Assembly (NCBI GenBank): GCA_040256005.1 | Contig: JBDZWC010000051.1 | Location: 1 to 18,918, forward strand | Origin: Deinococcaceae bacterium | Lineage (GTDB): Bacteria > Deinococcota > Deinococci > Deinococcales > Trueperaceae | Direction: 5' to 3' | Length of the DNA stretch: 18,918 nucleotides | The notes under the pieces: generated by a model | The model's database searches: none | Told to the model about the DNA's origin: nothing | Seen by the model: the letters and a program-made list of their open reading frames with translations, nothing else | Translations under genes and position numbers: made by a program | Shown: piece by piece, positions 1-6,234 of the stretch | How positions within the stretch are numbered: the stretch's first letter is position 1 | Layout: every line of letters starts with the position of its first letter

Positions 1-660
1 AAGTCCAAGTCGGAGGGCAGGGAGAGCGTCGGTTCCGGCCTCCTCGTCTACCCGGTCCTGCAGGCCGCCGATATCCTCCTCTACGACACGGACGTGGTCC
101 CGGTAGGCGAGGACCAGGTGCAGCACATCGAGATCACCAGGGACATCGCCGAACGCTTCAACCACCTCTTCGGCGAGACGTTCGTCCTCCCCCGGGTGGA
201 GCTACCCAAGGCAGGCGCCAGGCTGATGGGCCTGGACGACCCTGAGGTGAAGATGTCGAAGAGCCTGGAAGCCGACAGGCCCGGCCACCTGATCAACCTG
301 TTAGACGACGCGGCGACCGTCAAGAAGAAGATCATGGCCGCGGTGACCGACTCCGGCAGGGAGCTGCGCTACGAGCACGCCTCCCCAGGGGTCAGGAACC
401 TCATGACCATCGCGCACGTGGCGTCGGGCCGCAGCCTCGGCGATATCGAGGCGGAGTTGGTGGGCGGCGGCTACGGCACCCTCAAGCGACTGACGGTGGA
501 CGCCGTGAACGCCATGCTGCGCCCTTTCCAGGAGCGCTACCGCGGGTACATGGCCGACCGCTCCTCACTCGACGGCATCCTCGAGCGCGGCGCGGAGCGG
601 GCCAGGCAGATCGCTGCGCCCACGCTGAGGCGCGCACAGGACGCCATGGGAGTGGGCTGA
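1..660 (+). CDS. trpS: Tryptophan--tRNA ligase, 5'-truncated by the window edge
   Basis: Frame +1 is open from base 1: KSKSEGRESVGSGLLVYPVLQAADILLYDTDVVPVGEDQVQHIEITRDIAERFN. It contains the TrpRS motifs YPxLQAADILLY and VPVGEDQxQH, the class I KMSKS, and KKKIMAAVTDS. TGA at 658-660. Confidence 0.97.
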   Translation, partial: KSKSEGRESVGSGLLVYPVLQAADILLYDTDVVPVGEDQVQHIEITRDIAERFNHLFGETFVLPRVELPKAGARLMGLDDPEVKMSKSLEADRPGHLINLLDDAATVKKKIMAAVTDSGRELRYEHASPGVRNLMTIAHVASGRSLGDIEAELVGGGYGTLKRLTVDAVNAMLRPFQERYRGYMADRSSLDGILERGAERARQIAAPTLRRAQDAMGVG

Positions 661-1571
661 CGGGCCGCGTTCTCTTCCTGTTCCTCGACGGGTTCGGGGT
701 GCCCAGCCCGTACGCGAGCCAGCCCCCCACCGACCCGATAAGCACGGCCGACACACCGGTCCTCGACCGGCTGCGAGAGCAGGGGTCCGGGACCGGGACG
801 CCCGCCGTGGTCTACCGGGAGTTGGACGCCACCCTCGGCCACGCCGGACTGCCGCGGTCTGCTACGGGCCAAGCCACCCTCCTCACGGGTCGCAACGGCG
901 CGGACGCCATGGACGGGCACTACGGGCCTTGGCCCGGTCCCACGCTCCAACGCCTCCTCGACGCCGGCAACCTGTTCCACGACGGCGTCAGGGCCGGCGG
1001 CGCCTGCCTGGCGAACGCCTACCCGCCCGGGTACTTCGAAGCCCGGCGCGGCCGGCGCTTCAGGCTCAACGCGGTGGCCTACGCGGCGGTGGCGGCCGGT
1101 GTGCCTCAGCTCGGCGCCGCGGAGTACGCCGCCGGCAGCGCCGTGCCGTCCGACCTGCTGGGTGCGCACCTGCCGAGGGAGGGGGGACCGCTCGGGCCCG
1201 CCGGTTCCGCCCGGGTCCTGAGCGAGCTCTCCGTCCTCAACGCTTTCACGCTGCTCGACGTGTGGCTGACGGACTCGCTCGGGCACAGGAGGGAGGTCGA
1301 GGACGCTCGGCGGCTCGTGGAGCGTATCGACCGGGTCGTGGGTCACCTGGTCGATCACCCTGACGGCGCCGTGGCGCGCGGGGTCACCCTGGTGGTCACG
1401 TCGGACCACGGCAACCTGGAAGACGCCACGGTGGCCACCCACACCCGCAACCCGGTGCCGCTCTACGCCGTAGGTCGAGGGGCGGGCAAGTTCGTCGGCG
1501 CCGCCGGGCTCCCCGAAGTGGCCCCGGCCGTGAGGCAGGTGCTCGCGAGCCGAGAGGAACCGACGGTCTAG
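657..1571 (+). CDS. Alkaline phosphatase superfamily metalloenzyme (cofactor-independent phosphoglycerate mutase-like metalloenzyme domain); probable CTG start
   Basis: The frame upstream of the track start (699) reads LTGRVLFLFLDGFGVP, the N-terminal beta-strand plus metal-binding DG motif. Also present: LPRSATGQATLLTG (catalytic Ser region), TDSLGH, VVTSDHGN and HTRNPVP. CTG at 657 overlaps the trpS TGA (CTGA), with GGAG at 649-652. Start position is inferred. Confidence 0.85.
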   Translation: MTGRVLFLFLDGFGVPSPYASQPPTDPISTADTPVLDRLREQGSGTGTPAVVYRELDATLGHAGLPRSATGQATLLTGRNGADAMDGHYGPWPGPTLQRLLDAGNLFHDGVRAGGACLANAYPPGYFEARRGRRFRLNAVAYAAVAAGVPQLGAAEYAAGSAVPSDLLGAHLPREGGPLGPAGSARVLSELSVLNAFTLLDVWLTDSLGHRREVEDARRLVERIDRVVGHLVDHPDGAVARGVTLVVTSDHGNLEDATVATHTRNPVPLYAVGRGAGKFVGAAGLPEVAPAVRQVLASREEPTV

Positions 1572-2743
1572 AAGCCGAGGATCAGCGCGCCGGCCTCGAA
1601 CCACGCTCCGGCCAGCAGCAGCACCAGCGCGACCGGCAGCGTGGACAGCAGCTTCCTGAACCCCTCCGGCAGCCGGGCGAACCCGCCGCGCCAGATCGTG
1701 GCGAGGAGCATCCCGCCGCCGGACACGACGAAGAAGTACGAGGTGAGTTCCAACACCAGCACCACGAGCAGGATGAGCACCTGCAGCGGGGTACCGCCGC
1801 CCAGCAGGCCGAACGGGACGCCCTGCACGAAGAAGGAGAAGGCGGCGTAGATGTACGCCGGCACCCCGAGCACGGCGGCCAGCGTGAAGGTGACCGACAG
1901 GGTCACGACGACGAAGTTCTGGTAGAAGGTGACGGCGGCCGCCCTGGGCACGTCGCCGCTGCCGTAGGCGGCGGTGGCGCCGAGCGACGTGATGGCGCCC
2001 TCCACGATCTGCACGACGGCCACGTCGCACGACTCCGGCAGGGTGGAGCCGCTGAGCACGCCGAGGCCGAACAGCCCGTACAGCCCCACGATCGTCACGA
2101 TGACGAGGCGCCTGTGCTCTCTCACGGACGCGCGCGTGCGCTTGAGCCACGCCCGCAGCGGCGAGCCTCGCAGGAACAGCATGACCACGACGACAAGCGT
2201 CAGGGCCACGAAGGCCACCGAGGCTGCGGGTGTCTGCAGCCAGGCCCGCACGCCCGACAGGTTCGGGTCCGTCCTGAACCCGACCCTGACGACCTCCCAG
2301 CCTCCCGCGGCGGGCCGCAGCCGCACCTCCACGACGTCGAGCTGCCCGCCGGCGAGCGACGCGGCGTAGGTGAACACCCTCTCTTCACCGTCGTCTGGGG
2401 TGGTGCGCTCCACGCGGTCGTCGAGGTTGACGTCAGTTCCGGCCGGCGGGGGCGGTTGGGTGACGATGCCGGGCAACTCGCGGCACAGCTGTTCCGCGTC
2501 CAGGCCCGACAGCCTGTCGAACGACAGCGGACGCCGCGCCAACCAGTCGCGCACGGCGGCGTCGGCAGCTTCCTCGGCCGAACCGGCCAGTGGCACGTCC
2601 GGGTTCGCGGCGGCTTCCGTAGCGGCGCCTGGCTCGGGTGGCGCTGCGAAAGCCAACGCTGGCAGGGCCAGGAGCGCGCCCAGCGTCAGGAACGTGATGA
2701 GGGCTCTGCGCTGGAAGTCGCACTTCAGCAAGGTCGAGATCAT
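1568..2743 (-). CDS. SpoIIM-family (stage II sporulation protein M-like) multi-pass membrane protein with signal peptide and N-terminal extracytoplasmic domain
   Basis: Signal peptide (RRALITFLTLGALLALPALAFA), then a soluble region, then several TM helices. SpoIIM-like segments: TFYQNFVVV, LVLELTSYFFVVSGG, LLLAGAWFEA. ATG 2743 is preferred because the track start ATG (2788) lies inside the -10 box TATGCT and GGAGG is at 2756-2760. Confidence 0.7.
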   Translation of the reverse strand: MISTLLKCDFQRRALITFLTLGALLALPALAFAAPPEPGAATEAAANPDVPLAGSAEEAADAAVRDWLARRPLSFDRLSGLDAEQLCRELPGIVTQPPPPAGTDVNLDDRVERTTPDDGEERVFTYAASLAGGQLDVVEVRLRPAAGGWEVVRVGFRTDPNLSGVRAWLQTPAASVAFVALTLVVVVMLFLRGSPLRAWLKRTRASVREHRRLVIVTIVGLYGLFGLGVLSGSTLPESCDVAVVQIVEGAITSLGATAAYGSGDVPRAAAVTFYQNFVVVTLSVTFTLAAVLGVPAYIYAAFSFFVQGVPFGLLGGGTPLQVLILLVVLVLELTSYFFVVSGGGMLLATIWRGGFARLPEGFRKLLSTLPVALVLLLAGAWFEAGALILGF

Positions 2744-2783
2744 CCTTCCGGCGGACCTCCGCGGCGGAAGACCGCCGCCGGTC

Positions 2784-2789
2784 AGCATA
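2784..2789 (-). promoter_or_regulatory. Putative -10 element (TATGCT) for the SpoIIM-family gene
   Basis: TANNNT hexamer in a GC-rich divergent intergenic region, 40 nt upstream of ATG 2743. The same hexamer precedes the glycosyltransferase. Confidence 0.55.
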
Positions 2790-2833
2790 CAGGTCTCTCA
2801 CGCGCGGCTTCCGAGGCGGCGACCGGGCCGCGC

Positions 2834-2839
2834 TAGACT
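2834..2839 (+). promoter_or_regulatory. Putative -10 element (TAGACT) for a leaderless or near-leaderless HD gene-folC transcript
   Basis: TAGACT-N8-ATG(2848), no Shine-Dalgarno. The identical hexamer precedes recO and dnaX. Confidence 0.6.
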
Positions 2840-2847
2840 ACGCGCCC

Positions 2848-3348
2848 ATGAGGAGGCTCGGCAGCTGGATGTTGAACGCGGCCACCAGGACGTTGCACAC
2901 CGCCTTCCCTGGCCTCGCCTCACCCGATGACGAGTGGGCCAGGCTGGTGCTCGAGCCCGCCGAGTTCGACCTGTTCATGGCGCTGCCCGCGGCCGAGAGA
3001 GCGCACGCGGTGAAGGTCGCTCGCTGCGCCCAGTCACGCGGTCACGAGGTGCCGCAGGAGGTGCTGAGGGCGGCGCTCCTGCACGATGTGGGCAAGGCCG
3101 GCAGCAGCTCCCACGTCGTCCACCGGGTGGTCGCTCACCTGCTGCCGGCTCCAGCGGTCCCCGCCCAGCCGCGTCTCCGCGGCCTGGCCGGCACGCGGCA
3201 GGCCAAACGTCATCACGCCGCCTACGGGGCGATCAAGGTCCTCGAGGTCTCCGGTGACCCACGTGTCGCGTGGCTGGTCAGGCACCATCACCAGCCCGGG
3301 GACGACGCCTGGGCCCAGCTGATCCGCGCCTGCGACGAAGCCACATGA
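2848..3348 (+). CDS. Small HD-domain metal-dependent phosphohydrolase
   Basis: Complete H..HD..H..HH..D pattern: ERAHAVKVA, AALLHDVGK, HHAAYGA, VRHHH, IRACDE. Confidence 0.88.
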   Translation: MRRLGSWMLNAATRTLHTAFPGLASPDDEWARLVLEPAEFDLFMALPAAERAHAVKVARCAQSRGHEVPQEVLRAALLHDVGKAGSSSHVVHRVVAHLLPAPAVPAQPRLRGLAGTRQAKRHHAAYGAIKVLEVSGDPRVAWLVRHHHQPGDDAWAQLIRACDEAT

Positions 3349-3367
3349 GCATGGACGAGGGAGCGAC

Positions 3368-4687
3368 ATGAGCCTGGTCGAGGGAGAGAACGGACCTACT
3401 CCCGCCCTCGACTGGCTGTTCGCTCTGCAGCGCTTCGGCGTGAGGCCGGGCCTCGAACGCGCTCGGGCGTTGCTGGAGGCGCTGTCGTTGCCGGCGCCTG
3501 GCACCAAGGTGGTACTCGTGGCCGGCACCAACGGCAAGGGCACCGTCACCAGGCTCGTGTCTTCGGCGCTGACCGCGGCGGGGCACGTGACGGGCTCCTT
3601 CTTCAGCCCTCACCTGGAGCGGGTGGGGGAGCGAGCCCGCATCGACGGGGTGGACTCCACGACCGCCGAGATGGAGGCGGCCGTCGCCCACGTCAGGCCC
3701 GCCGCCGAGGAGCTCGGCTGCACGTTCTTCGAGGTCGCCGTGGCCGTCGCCCTTCACAGGTTCAGGGAGGCGGGGGCGGCGTGGGCTGTCATGGAGTGCG
3801 GCTTGGGCGGGCGCTACGACGCCACCAACGCGCTCGAACCGGTGCTGTCGGTCGTGACCGGGGTGGCGCTCGACCATCAGGCCGTGCTGGGCCCCGGCCT
3901 AGCCGCGATCGCCCAGGACAAGGCCGGCGTGCTGAGGACCGCGGTGCCCGCCGTGACGGGAGCCGATGGTGAGGCGCTGGAAGTGATACGGCAGGTGGCT
4001 GGGGAGCTGTCCGCCCCGCTCCTCACGCTGGGTTCCGACTTCGCGGCCCACGTGCACCACTCCGGCTGGGACGGGCTCCGGCTCACCGTCGAGGGCCTCA
4101 CGGTCGCGCTACCTGGCCTGCCGCTGACGCTCCACACGCCGCTGGTCGGGCGGCATCAGGCCGCCAACGTGGCCATCGCCGCCGTGAGCGCGTTGCTGCT
4201 CGGCATGTCGCCGGCCCGCGTCGTGGCCGCGTTCTCCGCGACGCGGTGGCCGGGCCGCCTGGAGCGTTTCGACCTCGAACGGGCGTGGGTGCTCGACGGC
4301 GCCCACAACCGCCAGGCTGCGCTCGCGCTGGCGGGCTCGGTGTCCGACCTGGGGACGCGCCCGGCTGCCGTGGTGCTGGGCGTCTCGGCGGACAAGGACG
4401 TCGCGGGGGTGCTCGAGCCGCTGGTGAGGTTGGGCCACGCCGTGATCGCCACGCGAGCCTCGAGCTCGCCCCGAGCGCTGGCGCCGACGGTCATCGCGGA
4501 CGTGGCCAGGGCGCTGGGTGCAGCGGACGTTCACGAGGCGGCTGGGCCCGCGGCAGCACTCGACCTGGCGCGGCGGCTGACATCGAAGGGCGAGCTCGTG
4601 CTCGTCGCCGGTTCGCTCTTCCTGGTGGGGGAGGCGCGCTCGCTGCTGCGCGAGGCACCGGCCGAGGGCCGCCAGCGCTGGCAGTGA
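3368..4687 (+). CDS. folC: Folylpolyglutamate synthase / dihydrofolate synthase
   Basis: VAGTNGKGT P-loop, FFSPHL..ER, TFFE, ECGLGGRYDATN, LDH, KAG, WPGRLE, LDGAHN, AGSLFLVG. Purine-rich GAGGGAG upstream of the ATG. Confidence 0.96.
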   Translation: MSLVEGENGPTPALDWLFALQRFGVRPGLERARALLEALSLPAPGTKVVLVAGTNGKGTVTRLVSSALTAAGHVTGSFFSPHLERVGERARIDGVDSTTAEMEAAVAHVRPAAEELGCTFFEVAVAVALHRFREAGAAWAVMECGLGGRYDATNALEPVLSVVTGVALDHQAVLGPGLAAIAQDKAGVLRTAVPAVTGADGEALEVIRQVAGELSAPLLTLGSDFAAHVHHSGWDGLRLTVEGLTVALPGLPLTLHTPLVGRHQAANVAIAAVSALLLGMSPARVVAAFSATRWPGRLERFDLERAWVLDGAHNRQAALALAGSVSDLGTRPAAVVLGVSADKDVAGVLEPLVRLGHAVIATRASSSPRALAPTVIADVARALGAADVHEAAGPAAALDLARRLTSKGELVLVAGSLFLVGEARSLLREAPAEGRQRWQ

Positions 4688-4733
4688 GGGGGCGCCTCAG
4701 GCGCCTCGCGGTGAGGCCCGCGCGACTGGAGCG

Positions 4734-5387
4734 CTAGTCCTCGCCCGCTGGAACGTTGCCAGCCCCGGCGCGAGCGCGCCCGAACCGGTTCGCCAGCTGC
4801 CTGGCGAGACCGACGAGGCACATGAGCACGACGAAGGTGGTGACGAGGAACGTGCCCTCGCGCGGCCAGCCGTGGCGGTCGAGCGCCAACAGCGTCACGA
4901 CGGGGTAGAGGGCCAGCGTGACGAGGATCGCGGGGCCGCTGCGCCTGAACAGCAGGACCAGCGCGACGACGAGTACCACGCCGTATAGGGCGGGGTAGGG
5001 GTACAGGGGCAGCGCTGCGCCCAGCGCGGTCGCCAGGCCCTGACCCCCTCGGAACCGCACGTACGCGGAGAAGCAATGTCCCGTGACGGCCCCGAGGCCC
5101 GCGGCCAGCGGGGGCAGTAGAGAGGGGAGCGCGAACGCGTCGCCGCCGCCGCTCTCGATGCCGGCCATCAGGGTGCCCAGGTAGGTCGCCAGCGCTCCCT
5201 TGCCCACGTCTACGGCGAGCACCAGTAGGCCGGCGCCGACACCCAGGTTCCGTGCCGTGTTCATGGCGCCCATGGACCCGGACCCGACCGCGAAGACGTT
5301 CACCCCCCGGGCCTTGGCGACCAGGTAGGCCGTGGGCAGCGCGCCCAACAGGTAGCCGGCCGCCAGCGCGACCAGCGCTGGGCTCAC
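4734..5387 (-). CDS. plsY: PlsY-family glycerol-3-phosphate acyltransferase homologue with atypical active-site motifs
   Basis: GTG at 5387 overlaps the recO stop (GTGA). Motifs: GYLLGALP, GSGSMGAMNTARNLG (motif 1), DVGKG, GHCFS..FRGGQGLATALG (motif 2), RQLAN (motif 3 position). Multi-TM protein. The track ORF 4734..6071 is over-extended through recO. Confidence 0.85.
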   Translation of the reverse strand: MSPALVALAAGYLLGALPTAYLVAKARGVNVFAVGSGSMGAMNTARNLGVGAGLLVLAVDVGKGALATYLGTLMAGIESGGGDAFALPSLLPPLAAGLGAVTGHCFSAYVRFRGGQGLATALGAALPLYPYPALYGVVLVVALVLLFRRSGPAILVTLALYPVVTLLALDRHGWPREGTFLVTTFVVLMCLVGLARQLANRFGRARAGAGNVPAGED

Positions 5388-6166
5388 GCCGGCGCTCGCG
5401 CGGCGTCGCGCGTCTGCCCCGCCAGCTCGCGCGGGCAACAGGTGAGGCTGTTCAGCTCGCGGACGTGGTAGTTGACGTGCGCGGTCAGTACTCGCCAATG
5501 CCACTCGCGCCGTTGCGGCGGCCTGTCCAGCGCCGCGCGCACTGGCGTGTCGACGAGGTCCACGAGCTCCGTCACGGCCGCGGGTTCGACCCGGATCGCG
5601 CCCCAGCTCGCCTCGTCGCCCGCCTCCTGGGGCGCGCAGCGCGCGCACACGAGACCCCCGGCGGCTGGATCGAACGCGACCGACGCGGCCACGGCGCCGC
5701 AGCGCGCGCAGCCGGTGACGGTCGGCGCCAGGCCGGCCAGGCGGAGGAGGCGCCAGGCGTAGAGCAGCGCCACGTGCTCGGGGTCGCCGTGGCCGGAGAG
5801 GCCACGCAGGCCACTGGTGAGGTACTCGTAGAGCTGCTCGCCCAGGTGCACGTCGACCGTCAGCGCGTCCACGAGCTCGGCGAGCAGGTTCGCGTACGGG
5901 TAGACGTCGGGCCGGCTCAGCCGCGGCAACGCGCCGGAGAGCTGCACCTGGGTGATGAGGGCCAGGTCCTCCTCGCGCCTCCGGTAGTGCTGTACGGTCA
6001 CGTCGTGGAACAGGCTGAGCTTGCCGAGGTTCCCCCCTGGCAGCTTGCCCTTGCGGGCCACCGCTCGCCACTTCCCGTCAACGCCTAGCAGCGTCACGAC
6101 GAGGTCGCCGCTCGGGAGCGGCTTCCGGCGTATGACGATGCCCTCGCTGACGGTGTAACGCCGCAC
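5384..6166 (-). CDS. recO: DNA repair protein RecO
   Basis: N-terminal OB fold (EGIVIRRKPLPSGDLVVTLLG..GKWRAVARKG), helical domain, and C4 Zn finger CARC...LVCARC. Ends with the HVNYHVRELNS motif. Confidence 0.95.
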   Translation of the reverse strand: MRRYTVSEGIVIRRKPLPSGDLVVTLLGVDGKWRAVARKGKLPGGNLGKLSLFHDVTVQHYRRREEDLALITQVQLSGALPRLSRPDVYPYANLLAELVDALTVDVHLGEQLYEYLTSGLRGLSGHGDPEHVALLYAWRLLRLAGLAPTVTGCARCGAVAASVAFDPAAGGLVCARCAPQEAGDEASWGAIRVEPAAVTELVDLVDTPVRAALDRPPQRREWHWRVLTAHVNYHVRELNSLTCCPRELAGQTRDAARAPA

Positions 6167-6172
6167 GTCCCA

Positions 6173-6178
6173 AGTCTA
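6173..6178 (-). promoter_or_regulatory. Putative -10 element (TAGACT) for leaderless recO-plsY
   Basis: The minus strand reads TAGACT-tgggac-GTG (6-nt spacing), with no SD. Confidence 0.7.
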
Positions 6179-6180
6179 AG

Positions 6181-6205
6181 GCCCGCTGCATGGCGGCCAG
6201 CGGGC
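6181..6205 (-). terminator. Hairpin downstream of topA (possible weak terminator)
   Basis: 8-bp inverted repeat GCCCGCTG(6181-6188)/CAGCGGGC(6198-6205) about 30 nt after the topA stop. It is followed only by CTTAGACTT, with no true U-tract. Confidence 0.3.
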
Positions 6206-6234
6206 GGTGGCGACCTCCGGCCGCCTACGGACCC

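Noticed and set aside
537..2150. 537-aa minus-strand ORF
   Set aside because: Arg/Gly/Ala-rich with no motifs. It overlaps the well-supported metalloenzyme and SpoIIM genes and is a typical high-GC shadow ORF.
4688..4733. Hairpins between convergent folC and plsY (ggcgcc-tca-ggcgcc), and similar ones at 18759-18791
   Set aside because: Short GC stems with no U-tract, indistinguishable from background at this GC content.
5388..6071. N-terminal extension of the plsY ORF (apparent 445-aa protein or fusion)
   Set aside because: It is an alternate frame of recO. PlsY similarity starts at GTG 5387, which overlaps the recO stop.
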